From the NCBI GenBank assembly GCA_963821525.1, contig CAWGED010000005.1, forward strand, positions 992,001 to 1,056,000: 64,000 nucleotides of DNA, read 5' to 3'. Numbering within the stretch: position 1 is the stretch's first letter; the number at the start of each line of letters is the position of its first letter. The position numbers were made by a program, and so were the translations under genes. Source of the stretch: an uncultured Gemmatimonadales bacterium (GTDB lineage Bacteria; Gemmatimonadota; Gemmatimonadetes; Gemmatimonadales; GWC2-71-9). Positions 10,584 through 21,740 of this stretch are shown piece by piece. The notes under the pieces were generated by a model. The model was given only the letters and a program-made list of their open reading frames with translations, was not told where the DNA came from and did no database searches.

Positions 10584-11386
10584 TCCTGCTGCTCGTAGCG
10601 CTCCAGGCAACTCCGCCGACGGTGGGCGACACCATCTGGCTCGCCCGCCGGGTTACCGTACCTCCAGGTGCCGAGGTGCGGGCGACTCCCTGGACCCCAA
10701 CAGGAGAGGTGGAACTCCTGGGCCGCCCGGTCGTGATTCGCAGCAACGGCGACGCGGTGATCAGATATCCCGCGGTCGCCTGGCTCGCGGGGACCCATGA
10801 TGTGACGGTGCCGGGACCGGTGATCGTCCTGGCCGACGGGCATACCGACTCGCTCCCTCCACAGACATTTCATCTGCAGGTTGCCAGCGTCCTGCCTCCC
10901 GACACTCCGGATTCGTCCATCGCGATCCAGCCGGAGGCCGGATCCGCTGCTGCAGCCGGTGGTGAGTCCCTGCGCCGTTGATCGTGGCACTGCTGGTGGC
11001 GCTGGTGGGAGTGTTGCTACTGGCTCGCGTGGTGGCGACGGCCTGGTCCGCCGCTAGCGGGCATCGCACCGCCGGGAGCGCCGAGCGCTCCTCCGGTGGA
11101 TCGATGGGTCGCGTCAGGGGAGGGTCGGGCCGTTGCGGCGGCCGCGGTGGAGTTTCTCCGCCGCAGCATCGCCCACGCGTTACCGGAGGCACACACCGGC
11201 CTCGACCTTGAGCGCTGTCTCGCGGTGATTGCCGAGCTGCGGCCGGCCTGGCCCCAGGAAGAAATCAACAACTTGCTCCGCGCGCTCGATATGGCCCGGT
11301 TCGCCCCGCTCGCAACGGCGGAACCGGGCGAGCTCTACACCCGCGCGATGGCGCTGGGCGCGCGTCTTCCCGCGAGGCGGTCGTGA
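10580..11386 (+). CDS. Membrane protein of the MoxR/Bat cluster (apparent frameshifts)
   Basis: Signal-peptide-like start; pieces 10580-10981 and 11096-11386 overlap the neighbouring genes' stop and start. Confidence 0.6.
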
Positions 11387-12357
11387 TCTTCACCCGCCCC
11401 TGGCTCCTGCTTCTCCTGCTCGCCCTGCCGGCCTGGTGGTGGTGGCGGCGAAGAACCCCGCGGCCCGGCGCGGTCTACAGCGATGTCAGGCTCGCTCGGG
11501 CGCTGCCCCGTTCCAACTGGCTGGCGCGGATTCCTCCGGGAGCGCGGGCCCTGGCGCTCGCCGCCTGGATCATTGCCGCCGCCGGTCCCCGAATCGGCGG
11601 AACGACGGTCGAGGAAAAGCGCGAAGGCATCTCGATCGTGATCGCGATCGATATCTCGAGCAGCATGCTGGCCGAAGACTTCGCTCCTTCCAACCGGATG
11701 GAAGTGGCGAAGATGCAGGCGGTGTCGTTCATCCGCGGGCGCACCGCCGACCGGATTGGCATCGTTGCGTTCGCGGGTGAGGCGCTCACCCAGGTCCCGA
11801 TCACCACGGATTACTCGGTGCTCGAGCGCGCGGTGATGGACCTCAAGATCGGCATGCTGGAGGATGGCACGGCGATCGGCAGCGGGCTCGCCACCGCGGT
11901 GAGCCGCCTCCGCAAGACGCCGGGGAAGACCAAGGTCATTCTCCTTCTCACCGATGGGGTCAACAACCGCGGCACGGTGGATCCCCGGACCGCCGCCGCG
12001 GCGGCGCAGGCACTCGGTATCCGAGTCTACACCATCGGCGTCGGAACCGAGGGTGAAGCTCCGATCCCCACCGGCCGCGGCCTGTCCGGCTTCCGCTATG
12101 AGATTCTGCCGGTCGAGATCGACGAAGTTCTACTGAACGACATCGCCACGACCACCGGCGGACGATACTTCCGCGCCAAGGACAGCGAGGCGCTGAAGCG
12201 CATCCTGACGACGATCGATGGCCTGGAGAAGTCTCCGGTGCGGATGATCCGTTACGTCCACTACGACGAGCTGACTCGCCCGCTGGTGCTCCTGGGAATG
12301 GCCGCGCTCGCGGTCGAGTTGCTCTTGAGTGCGACGCTGGTGGTTCGAATACCATGA
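11383..12357 (+). CDS. VWA domain protein, BatA-like
   Basis: N-terminal TM segment, DISSSM MIDAS motif, GTAIGSGL, LLTDG. Confidence 0.9.
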   Translation: MIFTRPWLLLLLLALPAWWWWRRRTPRPGAVYSDVRLARALPRSNWLARIPPGARALALAAWIIAAAGPRIGGTTVEEKREGISIVIAIDISSSMLAEDFAPSNRMEVAKMQAVSFIRGRTADRIGIVAFAGEALTQVPITTDYSVLERAVMDLKIGMLEDGTAIGSGLATAVSRLRKTPGKTKVILLLTDGVNNRGTVDPRTAAAAAQALGIRVYTIGVGTEGEAPIPTGRGLSGFRYEILPVEIDEVLLNDIATTTGGRYFRAKDSEALKRILTTIDGLEKSPVRMIRYVHYDELTRPLVLLGMAALAVELLLSATLVVRIP

Positions 12358-13980
12358 TCTTCGACTACCCGCTGCTGCTGCTCCTGGCCCCGGTCGTAGC
12401 ACTGGCCCTCGGGCTGATTGCGACTCTGGCTCGCCGCCGGCGCGTGACGAGGGCCATGGCCTGGTCTGCCGACCACGGGAGCAGCGGCGAGAAGATCCGG
12501 GCGCTGGGCTCCGCTCCTGTTCGCGATCGTGGGACTGCTCGCGATGGTCGCGGTCGCCGGGCCCCGCGGCGGGAGCGCGAATGTGACGACCGAGAGTCGT
12601 GCCCTGAGTGTCGCGATCGCTATGGACATCAGCCGCTCGATGCTCGCGGAGGATGCCGCACCAAGCCGGCTGCAGCGAGCGACTCGCGAGGCTCGTCGGC
12701 TGATCCAGGACCTGGGCGGCGACCGGATCGGTCTGCTGGCCTTTGCCGGCCGCAGCTACATCCTGAGTCCCCTGACGGTGGATGGGGCGGCACTGATGCT
12801 CTTCCTCGATGCTCTGAGTCCGGATCTGGCCAGCCAGGGTGGAACCGGCCTCGCCGGAGCGCTGCGACAGGGCGGGGAACTGCTGAGCGCTTCCGATGAA
12901 GCGGCGGATCGGGTGCTCATCGTGTTCACCGACGGAGAAGGGCACGACAGCCTCTCGGACGTCATCGCGCAGAGCCGGCAGCTCAAACAGCTCCGCATTC
13001 GCCTGGTGCTGGTTGCCGAAGGCGGCACCAAGCCGGCCCGAATCCCGGTGCGGGACAGCACCGGCGCCATCACCGAATACCAGACCGATGATGAAGGCCA
13101 CGAGATCCTGACCACCCGGCGCGACGACATCCTCCAGGCGATCTCCGACGCGGCCGAAGGGTCGATGGTGCCGGCCCAGCTGCCCGACCAGGCGGGGGCT
13201 GTGCGAGACCTCCTCTCCGCCTTTGCGAGGGCGCCGTCGCGGGAGACTCGCACGGCCGATCTGTTACCGCTCGCCTGGATCCCAGTCGCCGCGGCACTCC
13301 TGCTCCTGGGTCTGCACACCGTGTTTCGGCGCACAGCGGCTCTGGTAGCCCTCGCTGGACTGCTGCTGGCTCCGCGCGCGCACGCGCAACGACTCTCTCC
13401 CGGCGAACGCGCGCTGGCCGGAGGTCGCAGCGCGGTAGCCGCCGATCTCCTGCTCAAGGGTCTTTCCAAAGGCGCGTCCGACACCGCGGCGTACAATGCC
13501 GGCACCGCGGCACTCTTGGCTGGACGGCACGATGAGGCGCGCCTTGTCCTCGAGCGGGCGACCCACGCGCTCGATCCGGAGCTTCGGTATCGCGCCCTGT
13601 ACAACCTGGGTGTGAATGCCCTGGCCGCGGCCAAGGCCGACAGCTCCGCGCGCGACTCGTTGTATGCCGAGGCAGCGGAACACCTCAAGGAAGCGCTGGT
13701 CCTGTCTCCCCGGTCGGACCGGGCCAAGTGGAACCTGGAGCTGGCCCAGCGGCATCGCCCTCCGCCGTCCGGCGGCAATTCTCCCAATCAGCCCCCGCCT
13801 CAAGGGGGACAGCAGCCCCCGCCTCCCAAGTCCGGCCAGAGTAGTGGGGGCGAGCGGCCCAACCTCTCGCAGTCGCAGGCGGATGAGATCCTCGGCTCGG
13901 TCGAGCGCGAGGAGCGCAACACGCGCGAGCGGCACATGGCCCGGAACAAGAGCAACGCTCACGCGGTGAAAGACTGGTGA
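12354..13980 (+). CDS. VWA plus TPR protein, BatB/BatC-like (frameshift near 12480)
   Basis: DISRSM, FTDGE, TPR YNAG/YNLG/AKWNLELA, Q/P-rich tail ending KDW. Confidence 0.85.
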
Positions 13981-16317
13981 TCGGCCTTCTCCTGGCCCTC
14001 GCCCTGGTCCAGCAGCACCCCGCGCCTCAAGTGATGAGCGCGGTGGATCGGGACCACGTGGTCGTGGGTGACGTAGTGGAGCTGACGGTACGCATCACCA
14101 GCCAGACTCCGGAGGCGGTCCAGGTAAGCCTGCCGCCTCTGCTCGGTTTCGAGCTGGTAGGCCGGAGCGAGCGCAGTGAAGTGAGCTACGGCAACGCCAA
14201 GGGCCGGATTACGACAGTAACACTGCAGCTCCGCGCTACTACCAAGGGCCATTGGCGGATCGGGAAGATCCAGATCCGCCAGGGATCCCACCTCGAGGAG
14301 GCGGAACCGGTCGATGTGTATGTCGATCGCGGCAGCGCCGCGACGGCGTCCGCTCTCCCGAGCCGAATCCGCCGGGTGCTGGAGCAGGCGCCTCGCGCCC
14401 AGGGGTTCACCACCTGCCGCGATCAGCGTGGTCGTGTCCGACCCCTCGGTCGTCGTCGGCCAACAGGTGGATGTGGTGACCATCGCCTGGTTCCAGCGGG
14501 ATCTCCGGCAGCAGCTTCGCCGTTCTCCGACGGTCGAGGCGCCACGAATCGAAGGCGTCTGGAGCTATCCCCAGCAGGTTCCTTCAGGAATCGCCGCGAG
14601 CAGGCTGATTGGAGGCCGCTGGTATGACCTCTTCATCCTCCACCAGATCATTTTTCCACTGACACCGGGAACCGTGAAGGTTTCCGCCGCGCGGCTGCAC
14701 TACAGCGTGCCGCTCGCCTTCCAGTTCTTCAGCCAGGAAGAGCGTTACTCGCTGGCGAGCGGCACCAGCGGTCTCGAGGTGACCCCGCTTCCCACCGCGG
14801 GGCGGCCGGCCGATTTCACCGGAGCGGTGGCGCGCAATCTCACGGTCACAGATTCGATTTCGCCTCCGGTGGCGCAACAGGGGGAAGCGGTGACCGCCAG
14901 CCTGGTGCTGCGCGGAGAAGGGAACGTCGCTCTGTGGCCGGCGCCGGCCGTCACCTGGCCTCCGGGGTTCCGGGCCTACCCCGATGCGACGGAAGAGCGG
15001 GTCTCGACCACCGATGGCCGTCTGGGTGGCACCAAGACGTTCCGGTACCTCCTGGTCGCGGACAGCGCAGGCACCACGGCAATTCCTGCCGTTCGCTATT
15101 CCTATTTTGATCCCGGCACCGGGACCTATGCCTCCACCCGCATGGGGAGCGTGAGCCTGACCGTGGCGCCACGATCCGGAGGTGCTCTGCTCCGGGCGAC
15201 ACCGCCTCCGCTCATACTCGATGCACGCCCGGGGCTCGCCCGCGAGATCCGGGAGACTTTTTTCCCCTGGGTCTGGTGGGTCGCGCTCCTGATCGGACCT
15301 CTGGTCTTCGCCGGGCGGGTGATCCATCTGCCCCGTCGCGCGAAGCGCACCGAGCCACCGCGCGCCGACAGCCTGGCCGCCGTGGAGCGGGAGCTGTCCC
15401 GAATGGTCGCGGCCCTGGCCGCAGGACAGGATCGCAATGGCCCGGAGTCGTTGCAGGCGTCGTTGCGTCGAAGCGGACTGAGCGAACCGGACGCGCAAAA
15501 GGTGATCGAAGTGCGCGAACGACTCCGTGCCGCTCGGTTCGGGGGATCGGGAATCGATCCCGCAGTGCTGGCCGAGGCCAGGGCGCTGATTCTGCGGATT
15601 CGGCCTGAACGGGCGCGGAGCGGGCCGCGCTGGAGAAGCGGGACCGCAGCGATGCTGTTATTCGCTTGCGCCACGACGCTTCGAGGGCAATCGACCTCTC
15701 CCGAGCAGCTTTACGAAGCCGGCGCCCTTGGTTCTGCAGCGGCCGGCTTTCAGGCCCGCGTGCAAGCCGCGCCCGAAGTGGGCGCCTACTGGTACAACAT
15801 GGGCGCCGCGCGATTCCGGCTTGGAGAAGACGCCGCGGCACTGGGCGCCTGGACTCGGGCGGCGCGGCTCCTTCCCCGGAATCGAAATGTTCAGCGGGCA
15901 CTGGTGCTGGTCCCCGCGGCCAACGGCGCCTCCGCCAGCGAGCTGGCAGTCTCGCCGCTCACTCCGGACGAATTGTGGTTGATCGGCTTCATCGTGTGGA
16001 CGCTCGGATGGGCTGGTCTCGCGGTTTCTCGCCGAGTGCGGGGTCGCTGGCTCATCATGCTCGGCTGTGCCGCAGCGTTTATCGGCGCCGCCGAAGGGCT
16101 GCGATGGTGGTACGCTCGCCCGGTGGCCGTGGTGATCAACGAAGGGGCCATGCTCGTCTCGCCCAGCGAGCGTGCTCCGAGAGTGACCACGCTCCCCAAG
16201 GAGACCAGCGTGCTGATTCGGGAAACCCGGGCCGGCTGGGCGCTGGTCGAGGATGGATCGGGGAACCGCGGCTGGACTGAACGGTCGGGTCTTATCCCGC
16301 TCGCCGGGCAGTATTGA
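13977..16317 (+). CDS. BatD-like protein with TPR and SH3-like C-terminus (frameshift near 14400)
   Basis: Ig-like segments, FTGAV, GEGNV, YSYFDP, WYNMG TPR, C-terminal GWALV..GNRGW. Confidence 0.8.
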
Positions 16318-16348
16318 ATTCCTTCCGATCCTCCTGTCTCTTTCCGCC

Positions 16349-18079
16349 ATGCCCCGTCGCATCGCCATTCTTCCCGATGCCGTCGCCGATCAGATCGCGG
16401 CCGGTGAGGTGGTCGAGCGTCCCGGGTCTGCGGTCAAGGAACTGGTGGAGAACGCCCTCGACGCTGGTGCGCGCCACGTCCGGGTAGATCTGGAACAAGG
16501 GGGCAAGACGCTGATCGAGGTCAGCGACGATGGGTGCGGGATGGGCCGGGAGGACGCGGTACTCGCTCTCGATCGTCACGCGACCAGCAAGATCCGGAGC
16601 GCAGCCGATCTGGTGGGCATTCGCAGTTTCGGTTTCCGCGGCGAGGCACTACCCGCCATTGCTTCGGTGTCCCGCTTCCGGCTGGTGACTTCGGAGGACG
16701 GGAATGAAGGCACCGAGATCGGTGTCACGGGCGGGCGAGTGGATGGCGTGAAGAGCCTGGCACGGCAACGTGGCACAACCGTGACCGTTCGAGGTCTCTT
16801 CTTCAATACGCCGGCGCGACGGAAATTTCTCCGCTCGGTGCCGAGCGAGGCGCGGGCGGCTCATGACGCCCTGGCGACCCTGGCGCTGACCCATCCCGAA
16901 GTTGGATTCGAGCTGCACATCGATGGCCGATCCCGCCTCGCGGTTCCGCCCGATCAATCTCCCGATGAGCGACTGGCCGCGATCTGGGGTCACGATCTGG
17001 TGAAGACGTTGATCCCCCTCGACCACGCCGTCGGCAGCTTCCGGGTAACCGGATTTATTCAGCGGCCGGGCGACGCCGCCCCGAGTGGCCGCCGCACCCA
17101 GCTCTTCATCAATGACCGCCCGTTCCGTGATCCCTTCCTGGTGCGGGCCGCCGAGGCCGGCTATCGCTCCGCGATCCATCCCGGCGACCGGCCATCACTC
17201 TTTCTCAAGCTCGAGACCGCGCCCGAGGAAGTCGATGTGAACGTGCATCCCGCCAAACTCGAAGTGCGCTTTCGCGACCGGCTCGGCGCCGAGCGTGCGG
17301 TGGAGGAAGCGGTGAGAGAGGCGCTGGGTCGGATATCCGCGGCGGCAGTGGTGTGGGCGAACGGGGCGGACAGGACGGACGGGGCGATCAGGGCGGACAG
17401 CACTCCGGACGTGTTGGGAATTCTGGATGAACTAAGGTCCGCTTCGCCCGCCTCGTCCGACTTGTCCGTCCTGACCGACCCCTCGCTTCCGCTCGGGGCA
17501 AGCTTGTCCGCCCCGCCCGCCCTGACCCAACTCTTCAACACCTACATCTTCTACGCCGAGTCCGACCGCCTCGTGCTCATCGACCAGCACTCGGCACACG
17601 AACGGGTGCTGTACGAAGAGGTCATGACCAGGATCCAGAGCGGAGGGTTACCCAGCCAGCGGCTGTTGCTCCCGTTCACGCTCGAATTCACCGACGAGGA
17701 GCTCGAAGCGATCGAGGCACACGGGGAACAGATCTCCCGCATCGGCTTCGAGGTCGAGGCCTTTGGAGGCCGGAGTGTCGTCGTGCACGCCGTGCCGGCG
17801 CCGCATCCCCGCTTCGATGCGGAGCGCTGCCTGCGCGAGCTGGTCTCCGATCTTGCTCGTGGCCGTTTCGGGGGATGGGCGAACCGGCTCGAACGCTTCG
17901 CCGCGACCTATGCCTGCCGGGCCGCGATCAAGGCCGGCGAAGCACTCACGGAGCAGGAAATGCGCGGGCTGGTGACGAGACTCTTCGCCTGCGCCCTGCC
18001 GCCGCACGACGTTCACGGACGCGCCAGCATGGTACAGCTCCCCCGCGAGGAGCTGGAGCGCCGGTTTGGCCGGCGCTAG
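16349..18079 (+). CDS. mutL: DNA mismatch repair protein MutL
   Basis: IAAGEVVERP, KELVENALDAGA, GFRGEAL, DQHSAHERVLYE, ACRAAIKAG. Confidence 0.97.
   Translation: MPRRIAILPDAVADQIAAGEVVERPGSAVKELVENALDAGARHVRVDLEQGGKTLIEVSDDGCGMGREDAVLALDRHATSKIRSAADLVGIRSFGFRGEALPAIASVSRFRLVTSEDGNEGTEIGVTGGRVDGVKSLARQRGTTVTVRGLFFNTPARRKFLRSVPSEARAAHDALATLALTHPEVGFELHIDGRSRLAVPPDQSPDERLAAIWGHDLVKTLIPLDHAVGSFRVTGFIQRPGDAAPSGRRTQLFINDRPFRDPFLVRAAEAGYRSAIHPGDRPSLFLKLETAPEEVDVNVHPAKLEVRFRDRLGAERAVEEAVREALGRISAAAVVWANGADRTDGAIRADSTPDVLGILDELRSASPASSDLSVLTDPSLPLGASLSAPPALTQLFNTYIFYAESDRLVLIDQHSAHERVLYEEVMTRIQSGGLPSQRLLLPFTLEFTDEELEAIEAHGEQISRIGFEVEAFGGRSVVVHAVPAPHPRFDAERCLRELVSDLARGRFGGWANRLERFAATYACRAAIKAGEALTEQEMRGLVTRLFACALPPHDVHGRASMVQLPREELERRFGRR
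17355..17481. repeat. Inverted nonamer arrays inside the mutL linker
   Basis: ggggcggac aggacggac ggggcgatc agggcggac versus gtccgcttc gcccgcctc gtccgactt gtccgtcct gaccgaccc. Confidence 0.7.
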
Positions 18080-18992
18080 AACTCCCGTCATCGTCGGACC
18101 CACGGGCATCGGCAAGACGGCGGTCGCCCTCGCGTTGGCCGCGCACTGGCCGCTCGAGGTCATCTCCGCCGACTCGCGCCAGGTCTATCGCCGGCTCGAC
18201 GTTGGCACCGCCAAGCCTTCCCGGCGAACCCTCGCCCGCGTGCCACATCACGGGATCGATGTCGCGGAACCAGGGCATCGCTACAGCGCCGGTCTCTTCG
18301 CCCAGGAGGCCTCGGGATGGATCGAGGCGGTACGCGCGCGAGGCAAGATGCCGGTCGTGGTGGGAGGAACCGGGCTCTACGTGCGCGCCCTCGTGGATGG
18401 CCTCTTCATCGAGCCACCCATGGACTCGGAGACCCGGAAGGCGGTGGAGCGCTGGACTCGCGGATTGGCGGTCCCCGACCTCGTGCGGTACGCGCTCCGT
18501 CTCGATCCCGCGTTTCAGGGTGGCGGGAGGCAGCGCGCGGCACGCTCGGTAGAAGTGGCACTGCTCACCGGACGGCCGTTGAGCCATTGGCAGCGGGAAG
18601 GGAAGGCCCAGGGCGCCATCACTCCCTGGTACGTGGTACTCACTGCGCCACGGGCGGTGCTTCATCAGCGGATTGCCGCGCGCGCCCAGGAGATGGTCAC
18701 TCGCGGCATGATTGAAGAGACCGCCGCGGTGCTGGCCGAGGGGCTCTCGCCGAATGCGCCCGGTCTCGACGCCATCGGACCCCGTGAGGCGATTGAGTAC
18801 CTCCACGGCCAACGGGCGCGCGACACCGTCGCCGAGGCGGTCACTATCGCCACTCGGCAATACGCCAAACGGCAGGAAACCTGGTTCCGGCATCAGCTGG
18901 CGGGAGAGGTCCTGACGCTGGACGCGACGCGATCGCCTGAGTCGGTCGCCGACGAGATTGTTGCTGCATGGGAGACAGGGAGTAGGGAGTAG
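18066..18992 (+). CDS. miaA: tRNA dimethylallyltransferase
   Basis: GPTGIGKT, ISADSRQVY, GTAKP, GGTGLY, TRQYAKRQETWF. Confidence 0.96.
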   Translation: MAGARTPVIVGPTGIGKTAVALALAAHWPLEVISADSRQVYRRLDVGTAKPSRRTLARVPHHGIDVAEPGHRYSAGLFAQEASGWIEAVRARGKMPVVVGGTGLYVRALVDGLFIEPPMDSETRKAVERWTRGLAVPDLVRYALRLDPAFQGGGRQRAARSVEVALLTGRPLSHWQREGKAQGAITPWYVVLTAPRAVLHQRIAARAQEMVTRGMIEETAAVLAEGLSPNAPGLDAIGPREAIEYLHGQRARDTVAEAVTIATRQYAKRQETWFRHQLAGEVLTLDATRSPESVADEIVAAWETGSRE

Positions 18993-19052
18993 GGAGAAAA
19001 ATAGGTGTTGGGGTTGTGGGGCCCTACTCCCCACCACCTACTCCCTACTACC
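18970..19052. repeat. Inverted heptamer arrays (AGGGAGT)n ... (CCCTACT)n overlapping the miaA stop
   Basis: gggagac agggagt agggagt agggaga; ccctact ccccacc acctact ccctact acc. Confidence 0.8.
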
Positions 19053-19079
19053 GTTTATCACCCCACACCGGTGCTGTAA

Positions 19080-20204
19080 ATGAAGATCGGCATCACCTGC
19101 TACCCGACATACGGCGGATCTGGAGCCGTGGCCACCGAACTCGGACTGGAACTGGCCCGGCGGGGTCACGAGGTGCACTTCATCTCCTACGCCTCACCGT
19201 TTCGCCTGCGGGGCTACGCGGAGGGGGTCTACTTCCACGAGGTGGATACCAAGGTGGGACGGTATCCATTGTTCGAGCACTACCCGTACACCCTGGCGCT
19301 TGCCTCCAAGCAATACGAGGTGGTGAAGCGGGAGAATCTGGATCTGCTCCACGTGCACTACGCGATCCCCCATGCGACGACCGCCTACCTGGCGAAGGAG
19401 ATGCTGAAAGGGGAGCGCTCGCTCAAGTTCATCACCACCCTGCATGGCACCGACATCACGCTGGTCGGGCAGGAAGCGAGCTTCTACCAGATCACCAAGT
19501 TCTCCATCGAGACCTCGGATCGGGTCACGGCCGTCTCCGCCTTCCTCCGCGATGAGACGTATCGGGCGTTTGGCTGTGTCTCCTGCGACCTCAAGGTCAT
19601 TCCGAACTTCGTGAACCTCCAGGAATACCAGCCGGGTCCCGGCGGCGAGCGCGAGTCGCTGGCCCCGGCCGGCCACAAGATCATCACCCACGTCTCCAAT
19701 TTCCGTGAGGTCAAGCGGGTGAAGGACGTGGTGCGGGTGTTCGCCCGGATCCGCAAGGCGATGCCGGCGACACTCTTGATGATCGGCGATGGTCCGGATC
19801 GGAGCGACGCGGAGCGCGAAGCCGAGGAATTGTCCGTCACCGATGACGTGCTCTTCCTGGGCCGGCTCGACCGGGTCACCAGTATCCTCCAGGCGTCCGA
19901 CCTCTTCGTGTTGCCCTCGCAGACCGAGTCGTTCGGCCTCGCGGCGCTGGAAGCGATGGCGTGCGGGGTGCCGGTGGTGGCGACAAGAGCGGGCGGTCTC
20001 CCGGAGATCATAGACGACGGAGTCAATGGCATTCTCGAGCCGGTTGGTTCGGTCGAAGCGATGGGCCGCCGCGCCACCGATCTCCTGAGAAACGCCGCTG
20101 CCCATGGCGCCATGGCGAGCGCGGCGCTGGAAAAGGCGCGCACTTTCTCGGCCGACAGCATCGTCCCCATGTACGAGGCGTTGTACGCCGAGACGCTCAA
20201 GTGA
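19080..20204 (+). CDS. bshA: N-acetyl-alpha-D-glucosaminyl L-malate synthase (bacillithiol glycosyltransferase)
   Basis: MKIGITCYPTYGGSG, LHVHYAIPHA, TTLHGTDITLVG, HVSNFR.VKR, ESFGLAALEAMACG. Confidence 0.95.
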   Translation: MKIGITCYPTYGGSGAVATELGLELARRGHEVHFISYASPFRLRGYAEGVYFHEVDTKVGRYPLFEHYPYTLALASKQYEVVKRENLDLLHVHYAIPHATTAYLAKEMLKGERSLKFITTLHGTDITLVGQEASFYQITKFSIETSDRVTAVSAFLRDETYRAFGCVSCDLKVIPNFVNLQEYQPGPGGERESLAPAGHKIITHVSNFREVKRVKDVVRVFARIRKAMPATLLMIGDGPDRSDAEREAEELSVTDDVLFLGRLDRVTSILQASDLFVLPSQTESFGLAALEAMACGVPVVATRAGGLPEIIDDGVNGILEPVGSVEAMGRRATDLLRNAAAHGAMASAALEKARTFSADSIVPMYEALYAETLK

Positions 20205-21019
20205 TGGTCGACGGCTACCTGATCGCCGCGATCCTCGGTTTGGTCGAAGGGATCACCGAGTTTCTTCCGATTTCATCCACGGGGCATCTGATCGTCGCCG
20301 GGTCTCTACTCGGCTTTGAGGGGGAACGGGCCAAGACCTTCGAGATCTTCATCCAGCTGGGCGCGATCCTGGCGATTCTCTGGATCTACCGGTCCCGCTT
20401 TCTGGAGCTGGTGCAAACCGCGGCCCGATCGGAGGAGAGCCGGCGATTCATCTGGAACCTCGCCATCGCTTTCCTCCCGGCCGCGGTCGCCGGCCTGATC
20501 TTCCACCGCCAGATCAAGCAATACCTCTTTGGCCCAATTCCAGTGGCGTGGGCCCTCATGGTGGGTGGCCTCGTGATGTTGCTCATCGAGCGGCTTAAGC
20601 CAGTCTCCAAGGTGTCCGACGCAACCGGGATCTCGCCTCGACAGGCACTCGGCGTGGGGCTGGCGCAGGTGCTGTCTCTGTTTCCCGGGGTCTCCCGGTC
20701 GGGCGCCACCATCATGGGCGGGTATGCGCTGGGGTTGTCCCGGACCGCCGCGACCGAGTTTTCCTTCTTCCTCTCCGTGCCGGTCATGATCGCCGCGACG
20801 GGCTTCGACCTGCTGAAGAGCAGGGAGGCCCTGAGCCTGGCGGACTTCCCAATTTTCGCAATTGGCTTCATCGTTTCCTTTGTCTCGGCGGTGGTGGTCG
20901 TCAGGGCATTTCTGAGGTATATCGGTCACCACAGCTTTACCGCCTTCGCCTGGTACCGGATCGTGCTCGGGGGCCTCCTGCTGTGGTGGTACCTCCATCC
21001 ATCCGCGCCTGGAGTCTGA
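20204..21019 (+). CDS. uppP: Undecaprenyl-diphosphate phosphatase
   Basis: GLVEGITEFLPISSTGH, IQLGAILA, PGVSRSGATI. Confidence 0.96.
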   Translation: MVDGYLIAAILGLVEGITEFLPISSTGHLIVAGSLLGFEGERAKTFEIFIQLGAILAILWIYRSRFLELVQTAARSEESRRFIWNLAIAFLPAAVAGLIFHRQIKQYLFGPIPVAWALMVGGLVMLLIERLKPVSKVSDATGISPRQALGVGLAQVLSLFPGVSRSGATIMGGYALGLSRTAATEFSFFLSVPVMIAATGFDLLKSREALSLADFPIFAIGFIVSFVSAVVVVRAFLRYIGHHSFTAFAWYRIVLGGLLLWWYLHPSAPGV

Positions 21020-21735
21020 TGTCGGAACCTCGTATTCACTGGATGGACACCGTCGAGTCCACACTCGACGAGATTCACGCGTTGGCGGAAGCCGACGCGC
21101 CCGATGGCACTGTGGTCGTCGCAAAGGAGCAGACGCAAGGGCGGGGAAGTCGCGGCCGGTCCTGGCACTCCCCGGTCGGCGGATGCTGGTTCAGCATTCT
21201 CCAGCGGGGCGCCGTGACTTCGGGCAGCAGCGTACTGAGCATCCGGGTCGGCCTTGCTGTGGCCGACGTGATTTCCGCGCTGGGCGTGCGGCATCCTGTC
21301 CGACTCAAATGGCCCAACGATCTCATGTGGTGCGACAGGAAGCTGGGTGGGATCCTCTGTGAGGCGCAGTGGCTGGGGCCCACTCGGGAATGGGTCGCGA
21401 TCGGGATCGGGATCAACGTCAGGAACGAACTGCCGAAGGACGTGAAGCGCACCGCCATCTGCCTTGGCCACCTGTTGCCCGACATCACTCCCGAGGCGTT
21501 GGTCGAACCGCTGGCCACCCGGCTCCGGTCCATGAGCGAATCAGGCCCCATGCTGACCCTGGCCGAGGCGTCTGCCCTGACGTCACGGGACTATTTGTTC
21601 GGGCGGCGCCTCATCGAACCCATTCCCGGGGTGGCTCGCGGCGTGTCGAGGCAAGGCGAGCTGGTCGTGGAGATTCGAGAAGGCGTGATACAGGCGTTCC
21701 GCTCGGGTCACGTGGTTCTGGCGGGGCCGGCCTGA
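21019..21735 (+). CDS. birA: Biotin-protein ligase (no HTH domain)
   Basis: QTQGRGSRGRSWHSP, LKWPND, KLGGILCE, IGIGINV. Confidence 0.92.
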   Translation: MSEPRIHWMDTVESTLDEIHALAEADAPDGTVVVAKEQTQGRGSRGRSWHSPVGGCWFSILQRGAVTSGSSVLSIRVGLAVADVISALGVRHPVRLKWPNDLMWCDRKLGGILCEAQWLGPTREWVAIGIGINVRNELPKDVKRTAICLGHLLPDITPEALVEPLATRLRSMSESGPMLTLAEASALTSRDYLFGRRLIEPIPGVARGVSRQGELVVEIREGVIQAFRSGHVVLAGPA

Positions 21736-21740
21736 TCCCC

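Noticed and set aside
8582..16317. MoxR-DUF58-VWA-TPR-BatD cluster as a novel system
   Set aside because: Matches the known Bat/MoxR-proper operon architecture
19080..20204. bshA outside Firmicutes as a novelty
   Set aside because: Bacillithiol pathway genes are already known from several other phyla
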